This document shows, in pieces, positions 47,280 through 60,432 of a DNA stretch of 64,000 nt (the first letter of the stretch is position 1; every line of letters starts with the position of its first letter). The stretch is from assembly GCF_003790525.1 (NCBI RefSeq), contig NZ_CP033635.1; one strand, given 5' to 3'. The translations under genes were made by a program, and so were the position numbers. Under the pieces are notes generated by a model. It was not told the DNA's origin. It worked only from the letters and a program-made list of their open reading frames with translations, and searched no databases. Source of the DNA: Escherichia coli. GTDB taxonomy: Bacteria; Pseudomonadota; Gammaproteobacteria; Enterobacterales; Enterobacteriaceae.

Positions 47280-47984
47280 TTAACGGCGGTTGCCGAAGAT
47301 CCGCAGCAACATCAGGAACAGGTTGATGAAGTCCAGATACAAGGTCAACGCGCCAAGAATGGAATATTTGCGCAGGTTCGACGTGTCGCGGGTATCAATC
47401 TGCTCACCCATATTTTTCAGTTTCTGGGTGTCATACGCCGTCAATCCGACAAAGACAATCACGCCGATGTATGTGACTGCCCACATCAACGCTTCGCTTT
47501 TCAGCCAGAAGTTGACCAGCGATGCCAGCACAATGCCGATCAACGCCATAAACAGCATATTGCCGAAACCACTTAGATCGCGCTTCGTGGTGTAACCGTA
47601 CAGGCTCATTGCGCCGAACATCCCGGCAGTAACGACGAAAGTACTGGCGATAGAAGCAGCGGTATAGACAATGAAAATACTGGAAAGCGTCAGGCCAGTC
47701 AGCGCGGAATAAAGCATAAAGAGCATCGTCGTTACACCTGCGCTCAGCTTTTGAATCATCGCTGATAACACAATAACCAGAGCTAATTGTGCTATTACCA
47801 GACCAATTAAAAAGATGCGGTTGGTGAATAATAGCTCCATAACGGCCGCGGAATTAGCCGCATACCAGGCAACAAACGCAGTAAGCAGCAAGCCTACTGT
47901 CATCCAGCCATAGACCTGTGCCATATAGGTTTGCAGGCCAGTTCGGGTTTGTACGATTGAATCAGAACGTGGGAATCTGTCCAT
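47280..47984 (-). CDS. ybhL: BAX inhibitor-1 family membrane protein YbhL
   Basis: Matches YbhL from MDRFPRSDSIVQTRTGLQTYMAQ...; start at the ATG at 47984. Confidence 0.85.
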   Translation of the reverse strand: MDRFPRSDSIVQTRTGLQTYMAQVYGWMTVGLLLTAFVAWYAANSAAVMELLFTNRIFLIGLVIAQLALVIVLSAMIQKLSAGVTTMLFMLYSALTGLTLSSIFIVYTAASIASTFVVTAGMFGAMSLYGYTTKRDLSGFGNMLFMALIGIVLASLVNFWLKSEALMWAVTYIGVIVFVGLTAYDTQKLKNMGEQIDTRDTSNLRKYSILGALTLYLDFINLFLMLLRIFGNRR

Positions 47985-48120
47985 GACGATCTCCTGAAGA
48001 TATAAGGAATATCTTAAGGATACTGCAAAATGATGAGGCTGTGCATCGACGCAGCGTAAACGCATATACTGAGCGGTGAAATTGCCGGACGCAGCGGTGC
48101 CTTATCCGGCTAACAAAAAA

Positions 48121-48573
48121 CTACCAGCGTTTTGCCGCCTGCTGATCGCTCTCCCGAGCTTCGACCCAGCGGTCGCCTTCCGGCGTGGCTTCGCGCTTCC
48201 AGAACGGTGCGCGGGTTTTGAGATAATCCATAATAAACTGCCCGGCTTCAAACGCACTGCTGCGATGCGCACTGGTGACACCGACAAAAACGATTTCATC
48301 GCCCGGCCATAATTCCCCGATGCGGTGAATCACCGTGACGCGCCCCAGCGGCCAGCGGTTACGCGCTTCATCGACAATTTCTGCCAGTGCTTTTTCAGTC
48401 ATCCCCGGATAGTGTTCGAGGGTTAATGCTTTGACGCTGTCGCCAAGGTTATGGTTGCGCACCTTACCGGTAAAGGTGACTACCGCACCGTCTTCATCAC
48501 GCTCCGCCAGCCACGGATACTCTTCTCCTACGCTGAACGGCTGCGGGCCGATAACAATTTTGGTTTCTGCCAT
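48121..48573 (-). CDS. moaE: molybdopterin synthase catalytic subunit MoaE
   Basis: 150-aa ORF matching MoaE. Confidence 0.95.
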   Translation of the reverse strand: MAETKIVIGPQPFSVGEEYPWLAERDEDGAVVTFTGKVRNHNLGDSVKALTLEHYPGMTEKALAEIVDEARNRWPLGRVTVIHRIGELWPGDEIVFVGVTSAHRSSAFEAGQFIMDYLKTRAPFWKREATPEGDRWVEARESDQQAAKRW

Positions 48574-48574
48574 C

Positions 48575-48820
48575 TTAACCTCCGGTTACCGGCGGGAAGA
48601 AAGCCACTTCGTCGCCGTCAGTCAGCGGATGGTCAAAACTCACCAGCGTCTGGTTGACAGCAGCCAGCAATTTGCCATCTTCCAGCGCCAGCGCCCAGCG
48701 ATCGCTCTGCGCAGCCAGATGTTGGCGTAACGCTTCAACGGTTGGGAAATCCGCAGCTACTTCGGTTGCATCTGTTCCCACCAACTCGCGCACCTGGGCG
48801 AAAAAAAGAACTTTAATCAT
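48575..48820 (-). CDS. moaD: molybdopterin synthase sulfur-carrier subunit MoaD
   Basis: 81 aa from [13 protein letters not shown]... to the C-terminal GG. Confidence 0.95.
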
Positions 48821-49298
48821 CCGCTTCCACCTTAAAGTCACCCGACTTGCCGCCGCTCTTCGCCAGCAAACGTACCGGACCAATCACCATATCTTTTTGC
48901 ACCGCTTTGCACATGTCATAAATGGTCAGCGCCGCCACGGAGGCCGCGGTTAATGCTTCCATTTCGACACCGGTTTTCCCGGTCAGGCGGCATAAGGTTT
49001 CTATACGTACCCGATTGTGCTCCGGCTCAGCCTGTAAATTGACTTCAACTTTGCTGAGCATCAGCGGGTGACACAGCGGGATCAGATCCCAGGTGCGTTT
49101 TGCCGCCTGAATACCGGCAATACGCGCAGTGGCAAATACGTCGCCTTTGTGGTGGCGACCATCAATAATCATCGCCAGCGTCTCGCTGCGCATGGTGACA
49201 AAGGCTTCGGCGCGCGCTTCACGCACGGTTTCCGCTTTGGCGGAGACATCCACCATGTGCGCTTCGCCAGCGGCGTTGATATGGGTCAGTTGCGACAT
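48813..49298 (-). CDS. moaC: cyclic pyranopterin monophosphate synthase MoaC
   Basis: 161-aa ORF matching MoaC. Confidence 0.95.
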
Positions 49299-49300
49299 AC

Positions 49301-49813
49301 TTATTTCTTCAAATGTGGATGGAAATTACACGGACGCGTACGGGCATCCAGCTGCGGCGCAATGATATTTTCCCATGCGGTACGGCACGCTTTGGTCGAA
49401 CCCGGCATGGCGAAAATCAGCGTTTTGTTAGCGACGCCCGCTACCGCACGAGATTGCAACGTGGAAGTGCCAATCTCTTCGAACGACAACATCCGGAACA
49501 CTTCACCAAAACCTTCAACTTCACGGTCGAACAACGGCAGCAGCGCTTCGGGAGCCTGATCTCCTTCCGTCAGGCCAGTACCACCCGTAATCAACACCAC
49601 TTGTACATCGTCGCTGGCGATCCACGCAGATACCTGAGCGCGAATAGCGTAGCGGTTTTCTTTCACAATGGCTTTATCGACAACGTGATGGCCCGCTTCT
49701 TGCGCCGAGTCGCGCAGATAGTGACCGGAGGTATCGTCTTCTTCACCGCGACGATTAGAAACCGTAAGAATAGCAATACGGGTCGGGATAAATTCAGTGC
49801 TTACCTGACTCAT
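49301..49813 (-). CDS. moaB: molybdenum cofactor biosynthesis protein MoaB
   Basis: 170-aa ORF matching MoaB. Confidence 0.95.
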
Positions 49814-49834
49814 CTGATCTCTCCTTTTGACGTT

Positions 49835-50824
49835 TTAGCCACCAATGTACGATAAGTTTTGCGTAATACCGGTGTTGTTTTGATGCAGGAAATGGGTCTG
49901 TTTTTTCTCCCGCAGCGCCGCTGAAATACGCGCTTCCAGCGCCTGTTGCTGGGTATCGTCTTCCAGCAGATCGCGCAGGTTAACGCCGCCTTCACCAAAC
50001 AGGCAGAGATGGAGTTTACCAATGGAGGAAACGCGCAGGCGGTTGCAAGTGGCGCAGAAGTCTTTTTCATACGGCATGATAAGGCCAATCTCTCCGGCGT
50101 AATCCGGATGACAAAAGACTTGCGCGGGACCGTCGCTGCGTTGACGTAATTGGTGGATCCAGCCGCGACGCAGTAGCTCGTCACGCAGAACCTGACCAGA
50201 GATGTGATGCTTACGGAAGAGCTCGCTGCCCTCGCCCGTTTCCATCAATTCGATGAAACGCAGCTGGATAGGGCGATGCTGGATCCAGTTCAGAAAGGTG
50301 TCGAGCTGATGATGATTAACATCACGCATCAGCACGGTATTGACTTTGACCTTCTCAAAACCGGCCTCAAATGCAGCATCGATTCCTGCCATGACCTGGT
50401 TGAATTTATCCTGCCCGGTAATGGCATGAAACTGGCGGGCGTCCAGACTATCAACGCTGACGTTGATGCCAGTAAGTCCAGCATCGCGCCAGTTCGCCAC
50501 ATCGCGTTCCAGACGGTAACCATTGGTGGTGACAGCAATCTGGCGGATAGCGTCGTTTTCTCGCACAGCGGCGATGATATCGGTAAAGTCGCGGCGTAAA
50601 GACGGCTCACCGCCCGTCAGACGGACTTTTTCGGTGCCCAGACTGGCGAAGGCGCGCGTAACCCGGCGAATTTCATCGACGGTAAGAAAGCCTTTATTGG
50701 TGACGCCGCTCGGTTTGTAGCCATCCGGCAGGCAGTAGGTGCAACGAAAGTTACACACATCGGTAATCGACAGGCGCAAGTAGTAAAACTTACGCGCAAA
50801 TGCATCAGTCAGTTGTGAAGCCAT
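49835..50824 (-). CDS. moaA: GTP 3',8-cyclase MoaA (radical SAM)
   Basis: Matches MoaA from [31 protein letters not shown]...; the ORF-track upstream extension reads through the leader and is rejected. Confidence 0.95.
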
Positions 50825-50827
50825 GTA

Positions 50828-50965
50828 CACCTTTCCAGATACGGGAGGCGAAGTCATTTCTTCCTTCGCCCTGGTGGCAATCTTTACGAGCATTGTCACG
50901 GCCAAAGCACCGTATCAGTTGACCCAGGTGCAGAGGCTAGAGTGTTTAGTGGTTAAGCCGATACT
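50828..50965 (-). ncRNA. Moco (molybdenum cofactor) riboswitch in the moaA leader
   Basis: Position directly upstream of moaA, where the E. coli Moco RNA motif is known to lie; the minus-strand leader is GC-rich with paired segments (e.g. GGCGAAGGAAG...CTTCGCC). Boundaries approximate. Confidence 0.55.
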
Positions 50966-51160
50966 AGCGTGTAAATGAGATTTTTACCATCCACACTTTC
51001 GCTATGTAATCATGTATATAGCGTCATGATCGTGCTATTTCGCTACAGAATAAGGGAAAATGGCGGTTTTACTTTGATATACATCATCAGGAAGGCATAG
51101 CGTACATCGTCCTTTAGAGGTAGAAGAAAATAGTTTGTATCCTCAATATTGGCAGGTTAA

Positions 51161-52129
<969 letters not shown>

Positions 52130-52166
52130 CACGAAGCCGGAAGAATATTCCGGCTTCGTCATCTTG

Positions 52167-54188
52167 TCACGACGCGGCAATAAACAGCTCACGCAGCTGA
52201 TGCAACTGGTCACGAATTTGCGCCGCTTCTTCGAACTCCAGATTCTGCGCGTGTTGCATCATCAACCCTTCCAGTTCATGGATCTTCTGCTGCAACGCTT
52301 TAGGCGACATATCCATCGGCACATTATCTGGCTCAACAATCGGGCGCGATTTTCCTCTGCCCTTCGCTTTGGTTTTGGCAATGTTCTGCCCCAGCGCCAG
52401 GATATCGACCACTTTCTTGTTCAAGCCTTGCGGCGTAATGCCGTGTTCCTCGTTGTACTTCTGCTGTTTCTCGCGGCGACGTTCGGTTTCGCCAATCGCT
52501 TTCGCCATTGATGGGGTGATCTTATCGCCGTAGAGAATCGCTTTACCGTTAACGTTACGTGCCGCACGACCAATGGTCTGGATCAACGAACGTTCGGAAC
52601 GCAGGAAGCCTTCTTTGTCAGCGTCGAGGATCGCCACCAGCGACACTTCCGGCATATCCAGACCTTCGCGCAGTAAGTTGATCCCTACCAATACGTCGAA
52701 CTCACCCAGACGCAAGTCGCGGATAATCTCCATACGTTCGACGGTGTCGATATCTGAGTGAAGATAACGCACGCGCTCACCGTGTTCTTCGAGATATTCA
52801 GTGAGATCTTCCGCCATCCGCTTGGTCAGAGTTGTAACCAGTACGCGTTCGTTAATTGCCGCTCGCTGACGAATCTCCGATAGAAGATCATCGACCTGTG
52901 TCGCTACCGGACGCACTTCAATAATCGGGTCAAGTAAGCCTGTTGGACGCACCACCTGATCCACCACATCGCCGCCGGATTTTTCCAGCTCGTAATTACC
53001 CGGCGTCGCCGAAACATAGATGGTTTGCGGCGCTAATGCTTCGAACTCTTCAAATTTCAGCGGACGGTTATCCAGCGCTGATGGCAGGCGGAAGCCGTAC
53101 TCCACCAGCGTCTCTTTACGCGCCCGGTCACCGCGATACATGCCGCCAATTTGCGGAATGGTAACGTGAGATTCATCGACGACCAGCAGCCCATCGGCAG
53201 GCAGGTAATCAAACAGCGTCGGCGGTGGCTCACCCGGTCCACGACCGGAGAGGAAGCGCGAGTAGTTTTCAATCCCCGAACAGTAGCCCAGCTCGTTCAT
53301 CATCTCCAGATCAAACTGGGTACGCTGGGTCAGCCGCTGCTCTTCCAGCAGTTTGTTGTTTTCCAACAGCACCTTGCGTCTGGCAGCCAGTTCTTCTTTA
53401 ATTTCTTCCATCGCCTGCACAATGCGCTCGCGCGGTGTGACGTAGTGCGTTTTCGGGTAGATGGTAAAACGTGGAATAGTGGAAACAATCTGCCCGGTGA
53501 GCGGATCAAATAACGACAATCGTTCCACTTCCTCGTCAAACAGTTCCACGCGAAGTGCAATGTCATCCGATTCTGCCGGGAAGATGTCAATCACCTCCCC
53601 ACGAACGCGGAAAGTACCGCGCTGGAAGGCTTGATCATTACGAGCGTATTGCAGCTCCGCCAGTCGACGCAGGATCGCGCGCTGATCGATAATCATACCG
53701 ACCGTAAGATGGAGCATCATCTTGAGATATAAATCAGGATCGCCCAGACCATAAATCGCGGAAACCGATGCCACCACAACCACATCACGCCGCTCCAGCA
53801 TCGCTTTGGTGGCGGACAAACGCATCTGCTCGATATGTTCGTTTACCGAGGCATCTTTCTCAATGAAGGTGTCGGAACTCGGTACATAGGCTTCCGGCTG
53901 ATAATAGTCGTAGTAGGAGACGAAATACTCCACCGCGTTTTCCGGGAAGAATTCTTTCATTTCGCCATACAACTGGGCCGCCAGCGTTTTGTTGGGCGCA
54001 AGTACCATGGTAGGGCGCTGAAGGTCAGCAATGACATTGGCAATGGTGAAGGTTTTCCCGGAGCCAGTCACGCCAAGTAACGTCTGGTGCGCCAGGCCAT
54101 CTTCCAGCCCCTCTTCGAGACGTCGAATCGCCTCTGGCTGATCGCCAGAAGGTTTAAAAGCGGAATTCAGTTTGAACGGTTTACTCAT
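52167..54188 (-). CDS. uvrB: excinuclease ABC subunit B UvrB
   Basis: 673-aa ORF matching UvrB. Confidence 0.97.
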
Positions 54189-54261
54189 GAGTCGCTACCT
54201 GAAGGAGTTGGGCGGGCAGGTATGTAATTTTACTCGTCGTACTTAATTATGCCAACAAATT

Positions 54262-54280
54262 ATACTGGATAAAAAAACAG
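54262..54280 (-). promoter_or_regulatory. LexA box of uvrB
   Basis: Minus-strand CTGTTTTTTTATCCAGTA (CTGT-N8-CCAG), the classic uvrB SOS box. Confidence 0.8.
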
Positions 54281-54766
54281 TTTCTCACCATAATATTTCT
54301 GTTACAGCGTAAACTCCGCTGTCAATCATGAGCAAAATTTACTCTGTGGCGAGATAAAACTCCGGCCTTACCGGGTTATCCCCAAAGCAACGGCTTTTTT
54401 AACATTTGTCAAGATGATTGATGACAGTTTTATGGCAAGAGATGCCTGTTCAGTGACTGCCATTGCAATTATCTAACCTGTTAAAAAATAAAAAATATTT
54501 CTTTGAGCCGTCTTTAACGCCAATTCGCGTGCAAGCCGCGTATTCTCTCGCTTGCCTCGTGTTTTCTAACTCTAATACACATGGTTATCCACAGGAATAG
54601 TGGATAACTGTCTGCAGCCCCTATCCCCCGCCGCCTGGGCAATTCCCACATTCACCGCATGATGCGGAGGTAAAATTTTTTTCGTGATTTTTTTAGAATT
54701 TAATTGGTTAAATTGCAGTCAATCGAAGACGCGATCTCGCTCGCAATTTAACCAAGTACAGGATGA

Positions 54767-55444
54767 CTACATTAAGGCAAGATTGATGTACTTTCCGGTT
54801 GCCGCATTTTCTGGATTTTCTGCAAGCCAGGGAATTTCGCCCAGCAGCGGAGCGGGAATCATGCGGGTGAGCGTGGTCATATATTCAGCGTGACGTTTTC
54901 CCGGAGGCGTGACATCATTCGCCACCCAACCCGCCAGAGTCAGTCCGGCGTGTTGTATTGCCTGTGCCGTCAACATCGCGTGATTAATACAGCCGAGTTT
55001 CACACCAACTACCAGTATCACCGGCAGTTGTTCCTGTGTTACCCAATCCGCAAAAGTGAAAGTGTCAGAAAGCGGCGTAAACCAGCCGCCAGCACCTTCC
55101 ACTAACACCCAGTCAGCCTGTTGTTCAAGCGCGCGTAATCCGGCGCTCATTACCAATGATTCTATCGGCCTGCCCTCTTGTGCGCTGATGATGTGCGGCG
55201 AAGTGGGTTCTGCGAAGGTGTAAGGATTTACCGTTGCGTAATCCAGCTGCAGGCTGCTGTTGCGCTGTAACGCCAGCGCGTCGCTATTACGTAAGCCTTC
55301 CGGGATCTTTTCGCTGCCAGAGGCGACCGGTTTATAACCTGCCGTCCGGTAGCCTACTGCCTTTGCGGCTTGTAAAAGTGCACAACTGGCGACGGTTTTC
55401 CCCACTTCGGTATCCGTTCCGGTGACAAAATAACGTTTACTCAC
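54767..55444 (-). CDS. bioD: dethiobiotin synthetase BioD
   Basis: Matches BioD ([17 protein letters not shown]...); start assigned to a GTG (ORF track begins 6 nt upstream at a TTG). Confidence 0.9.
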   Translation of the reverse strand: MSKRYFVTGTDTEVGKTVASCALLQAAKAVGYRTAGYKPVASGSEKIPEGLRNSDALALQRNSSLQLDYATVNPYTFAEPTSPHIISAQEGRPIESLVMSAGLRALEQQADWVLVEGAGGWFTPLSDTFTFADWVTQEQLPVILVVGVKLGCINHAMLTAQAIQHAGLTLAGWVANDVTPPGKRHAEYMTTLTRMIPAPLLGEIPWLAENPENAATGKYINLALM

Positions 55445-56192
55445 GAGCAATCACTCCCAAAAAAAGATGATACGTCAGAGGATATCGCCCCTGTTTTTGT
55501 GGCCAGGCCAGTTGCAATCGCTGCAACTGCGAACGCGTTAATATCCGCGGGTCGCGCCCTTCATGAAGATGCGTGGCACCGATGCCTTTCAGCGAACGCA
55601 TGGCACTGAGCGCATCATCAAACCACAGCGTGATGGGCTGAATATGATGTTGATAATGCAGGCCGTTCAGCGACTGTTCGATTTCATCTGGCGGTAAAAA
55701 GCGATTAGCATGCGGGCGCTCGTCCACCGCCTGCCACGCCTGATGTAATTCAGGGAGCGATCCCTGCACCAGCGTGGTAAACGCGACCACGCCTCCGGGG
55801 CGCACCACCCTGTATAGCTCGCGGAGTGCCGTGGATAAATTACCGCACCACTGTACCGCGAGATTGCTCCATGCAAGATCGAAGGTTGCAGTCGCTAACG
55901 GCAGGGATTCGATATCTCCCGCCAGATAATGGTCTGCGGCATCCTTCTGGCGTGCCTGAACAAGCATTGGCGGAGAGAGATCTAACGCCGTCACCTGCGC
56001 GTGACGTTCCCGCCAGTGGCGGCTCATCCAGCCAGGTCCACAACCCGCATCCAGTACGTGGGTGTATTTACGCTGTGGGAGCATTGCCAGTAAGACGTCA
56101 GCACTCTGGCGCTGTAGATCCGCATGTTGCTCATAGTGCGCGGCTGCCCGACCAAATGCCGCTGCAATGGCTTGTTTATTAACCGTTGTCAT
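55437..56192 (-). CDS. bioC: malonyl-ACP O-methyltransferase BioC
   Basis: Matches BioC from M(T/A)[15 protein letters not shown]...; SAM-binding motif LDAGCGPG. Confidence 0.9.
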
Positions 56193-57333
56193 GCAGCACC
56201 TCCAGCAGACGGTCGATATCCTGCATTTCATGCGCGGCGGTTAGTGTTAAGCGCAGTCGCGCAGTACCAGCAGGTACGGTTGGCGGGCGAATCGCCGTGA
56301 CCCAGCAACCTTGCTGGCGCAGTTTTTCTGCCAGTTGTAACGCACGGCTGTTATCACCGACGATCAATGGCTGGATGGCGCTCCATGAATCAGCAAGCGT
56401 AAACGGCAAATCCTGCACTCCGGCACGAAAACGCGTAATGAGTGCCGCCAGTTTTTCGCGCCGTGCATCACCCTCATCACTGCGAATGACCGCCAGCGAC
56501 GCACGTAATGCCTGCGCCTGAGCGGGCGGCATACTGGTGCTGTAGATAAGATGGCGGGCGAATTGCAGCAGATAATCCGCCACCGTATTGGAGCAAAGCA
56601 CCGCTGCCCCGCTGACGCCAAATCCTTTGCCAAAAGTCACCACCAGCAATTCTGGTTTTACCTTTTGCAGCCAGCAGCTGCCACGCCCCTGCTCCCCGAT
56701 AACGCCCGTGCCGTGGGCGTCATCGACCATCAACCAGCCATCGTGCTGTTGCGTTACCTGCTGGATTTCCTCCAGTGGCGCACTATCGCCGTCCATGCTG
56801 AACACGCCTTCTGTCACTACCAGTTGCTGCCCCGGACAGGGGGAAGCAAGCAGTCGCGCCAGATGAGTGACATCGTTATGAGCAAAACGGCGAAGCGGCG
56901 ACGGGCTTAAACTTGCAGCCTCCAGCAATGAGGCATGGCTAAGCCGGTCGGCAACAATACGGTCCTCTTTCGCCATCATCGCGGTAATAACTGCCTGGTT
57001 AGCGGCAAAACCAGAGATAAACAGCAGTGCCCGCGAATAGCCCAGCCACTCGGCCAGTTCTTCTTCCAGCGCCTGATGCGCCACGCTATAACCGCTGACG
57101 TGACCGGAGCCGCCGCTACCGACGCCAAATTGCTCCGCACTCAGCTTCCAGGCACGGATAATTTGCGGATGATGGCTTAAACCTAAATAATCGTTACTGG
57201 AAAAGTTCAGATAATGGCGATCGTCCGCCACCAGCCAGCGTCCGGCTCCTTGCGCCACTGGATAACGGCGACGCAGGGCATCGGCAGCACGCCGCGCATC
57301 GAGCGCCGCGTTGATTTTCTCCTGCCAGCTCAT
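56179..57333 (-). CDS. bioF: 8-amino-7-oxononanoate synthase BioF
   Basis: 384-aa ORF matching BioF. Confidence 0.95.
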
Positions 57334-58370
57334 AGTGCTGCCGCGTTGTAATATTCGTCAGTGTCCGGGGTCATCAGCGCCTGCTCCAGACGCTGCTGTT
57401 GTTCGTTATCGCCCGCCAGCACGGCAGTTTGCTGCGGATTTAGCCCCAGTTTGCGGAACAGTTGCAGGTCTTTATCTTCTTCCGGATTCGGCGTGGTCAG
57501 CAGTTTGCAACCGTAGAAAATCGAGTTTGCGCCAGCCATAAAGCACATCGCCTGAGTCTGTTCGTTCATCTGCTCGCGTCCGGCAGAAAGGCGTACGTAA
57601 GAGGTCGGCATCATGATCCGCGCAACTGCAATGGTGCGAATAAAATCAAAGGCATCGACATCATCGTTATCAGCAAGCGGCGTGCCTTTCACCTTCACCA
57701 GCATGTTGATTGGTACGCTTTCCGGCGGCGTTGGCAGGTTTGCCAGTTGCAGCAATAATCCGGCGCGATCTTTTACTGTTTCGCCTAAGCCCACAATGCC
57801 GCCCGAGCAGACTTTGATCCCGGCGTCGCGCACTTTTTCCAGCGTATCGAGGCGTTCCTGATAGGTACGCGTGGTGATGATATTGCCGTAAAACTCCGGC
57901 GAGGTGTCGAGGTTGTGGTTGTAGTAATCCAGCCCGGCGTTCGCAAGGCGCTGCGCCTGAGATTCACTCAACGTACCCAGCGTCATACACGCCTCCAGCC
58001 CCATCGCTTTTACTCCCTGCACCATTTGTTCCAGGTAGGGCATATCGCGTTCGTGGGGATTCTTCCACGCCGCGCCCATGCAGAAGCGCGTCGATCCTGC
58101 CGCTTTCGCTTTGCGCGCCGACTCCAGCACCTGTTCAACTTCCATCAACCGCTCGGCTTCCAGCCCGGTTTTGTAGCGCGAGCTTTGCGGGCAGTATTTG
58201 CAATCTTCCGGACAAGCTCCGGTCTTAATCGACAGCAAAGTGCTGACCTGCACCTGACGTGGATCGAAATGCTGACGATGCACCTGCTGCGCTTCAAACA
58301 GCAGATCCAGCAACGGTTTTTCAAATAATTCTGTGACTTGCGACAATGTCCAGCGTGGGCGGTGAGCCAT
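57330..58370 (-). CDS. bioB: biotin synthase BioB
   Basis: 346-aa radical-SAM ORF (CPEDCKYC) matching BioB. Confidence 0.97.
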
Positions 58371-58410
58371 AGGGCTTCTCCAAAACGTGTTTTTTGTTGT
58401 TAATTCGGTG

Positions 58411-58450
58411 TAGACTCGTAAACCTAAATCTTTTCAATTTGGTTTACAAG
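58411..58450 (+). promoter_or_regulatory. bio operator (BirA binding site) between divergent bioB and bioA
   Basis: 40-bp imperfect palindrome GTAGACTCGTAAACCTAAATCTTTTCAATTTGGTTTACAAG, matching the known bioO. Confidence 0.85.
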
Positions 58451-58456
58451 TCGATT

Positions 58457-59746
58457 ATGACAACGGACGATCTTGCCTTTGACCAACGCCATATCTGGCA
58501 CCCATACACATCCATGACCTCCCCGCTACCGGTTTATCCGGTGGCGAGCGCCGAGGGTTGCGAGCTAATTTTGTCTGACGGCAGACGCCTTGTTGACGGT
58601 ATGTCGTCCTGGTGGGCGGCGATCCACGGTTACAATCACCCGCAGCTTAATGCGGCGATGAAATCGCAAATTGATGCTATGTCGCATGTGATGTTTGGCG
58701 GTATCACCCATGCGCCCGCCATTGAGCTGTGCCGCAAATTGGTGGCAATGACGCCGCAACCGCTGGAGTGCGTTTTTCTCGCGGACTCCGGCTCCGTAGC
58801 GGTAGAAGTGGCGATGAAAATGGCGTTGCAGTACTGGCAGGCCAAAGGCGAAGCGCGCCAGCGTTTTCTGACCTTCCGCAATGGTTATCATGGCGATACC
58901 TTTGGCGCGATGTCGGTGTGCGATCCGGACAACTCAATGCACAGCCTGTGGAAAGGCTATCTGCCAGAAAACTTGTTTGCTCCCGCCCCGCAAAGCCGCC
59001 TGGATGGTGAATGGGATGAACGCGATATGGTGGGCTTTGCCCGCCTGATGGCGGCGCATCGTCATGAAATCGCCGCAGTGATCATTGAACCGATTGTCCA
59101 GGGCGCAGGCGGGATGCGCATCTACCATCCGGAATGGTTAAAACGAATCCGCAAAATGTGCGATCGCGAAGGTATCTTGCTGATTGCCGACGAGATCGCC
59201 ACCGGATTTGGTCGTACCGGCAAACTGTTTGCCTGTGAACATGCAGAAATCGCGCCGGATATTTTGTGTCTCGGTAAAGCCTTAACCGGCGGCACAATGA
59301 CCCTTTCCGCCACGCTCACCACGCGCGAGGTTGCGGAAACCATCAGTAACGGCGAAGCCGGCTGCTTTATGCATGGGCCAACTTTTATGGGCAATCCGCT
59401 GGCCTGCGCAGCAGCAAACGCCAGCCTGGCGATTCTCGAATCTGGCGACTGGCAGCATCAGGTGGCGGCTATTGAAGGGCAGCTACGCGAGCAACTTGCC
59501 CCCACCTGTGACGCCGAAATGGTTGCCGATGTGCGCGTACTGGGGGCAATCGGCGTGGTCGAAACCACTCGTCCGGTGAATATGGCAGCGCTGCAAAAAT
59601 TCTTTGTCGAACAGGGTGTCTGGATCCGGCCTTTTGGCAAACTGATTTACCTGATGCCGCCCTATATTATTCTCCCGCAACAGTTGCAGCGTCTGACCGC
59701 AGCGGTTAATCGTGCGGTGCAGGATGAAACATTTTTTTGCCAATAA
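58457..59746 (+). CDS. bioA: adenosylmethionine-8-amino-7-oxononanoate aminotransferase BioA
   Basis: Matches BioA from [20 protein letters not shown]... Confidence 0.95.
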   Translation: MTTDDLAFDQRHIWHPYTSMTSPLPVYPVASAEGCELILSDGRRLVDGMSSWWAAIHGYNHPQLNAAMKSQIDAMSHVMFGGITHAPAIELCRKLVAMTPQPLECVFLADSGSVAVEVAMKMALQYWQAKGEARQRFLTFRNGYHGDTFGAMSVCDPDNSMHSLWKGYLPENLFAPAPQSRLDGEWDERDMVGFARLMAAHRHEIAAVIIEPIVQGAGGMRIYHPEWLKRIRKMCDREGILLIADEIATGFGRTGKLFACEHAEIAPDILCLGKALTGGTMTLSATLTTREVAETISNGEAGCFMHGPTFMGNPLACAAANASLAILESGDWQHQVAAIEGQLREQLAPTCDAEMVADVRVLGAIGVVETTRPVNMAALQKFFVEQGVWIRPFGKLIYLMPPYIILPQQLQRLTAAVNRAVQDETFFCQ

Positions 59747-59804
59747 CGGGAAGTTAGCGTGAGGGTTTCTGGCTACACTTTCTGCAAACAAGAAAGGAGG
59801 GCTC

Positions 59805-60281
59805 ATGAAACTCATCAGTAATGATTTACGCGATGGCGATAAGTTGCCACATCGTCATGTCTTTAACGGCATGGGTTACGATGGCGATAATATTTCACCG
59901 CATCTGGCGTGGGATGATGTTCCTGTGGGAACGAAAAGTTTTGTTGTCACCTGCTACGACCCGGATGCGCCAACCGGCTCCGGCTGGTGGCACTGGGTAG
60001 TTGTTAATTTACCCGCTGATACCCGTGTATTACCGCAAGGGTTTGGCTCTGGTCTGGTAGCAATGCCAGACGGCGTTTTGCAGACGCGTACCGACTTTGG
60101 TAAAACCGGGTACGATGGTGCAGCGCCGCCGAAAGGCGAAACCCATCGCTACATTTTTACCGTTCACGCGCTGGATGTAGAACGTATTGATGTCGATGAA
60201 GGTGCCAGCGGCGCGATGGTCGGGTTTAACGTTCATTTCCACTCTCTGGCGAGTGCCTCGATTACTGCGATGTTTAGTTAA
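59805..60281 (+). CDS. ybhB: PEBP-family protein YbhB
   Basis: 158-aa ORF matching YbhB. Confidence 0.9.
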   Translation: MKLISNDLRDGDKLPHRHVFNGMGYDGDNISPHLAWDDVPVGTKSFVVTCYDPDAPTGSGWWHWVVVNLPADTRVLPQGFGSGLVAMPDGVLQTRTDFGKTGYDGAAPPKGETHRYIFTVHALDVERIDVDEGASGAMVGFNVHFHSLASASITAMFS

Positions 60282-60432
60282 TCACTCTGCCAGATGGCGC
60301 AATGCCATCTGGTATCACTTAAAGGTATTAAAAACAACTTTTTGTCTTTTTACCTTCCCGTTTCGCTCAAGTTAGTATAAAAAAGCAGGCTTCAACGGAT
60401 TCATTTTTCTATTTCATAGCCCGGAGCAACCT

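Noticed and set aside
49835-50905. ORF-track N-terminal extension of moaA (356 aa, starting [16 protein letters not shown]...)
   Set aside because: The conserved MoaA start is the internal Met (MASQLTDAF...). The extension reads through the 5' leader where the Moco riboswitch lies, so the gene is called as 49835..50824.
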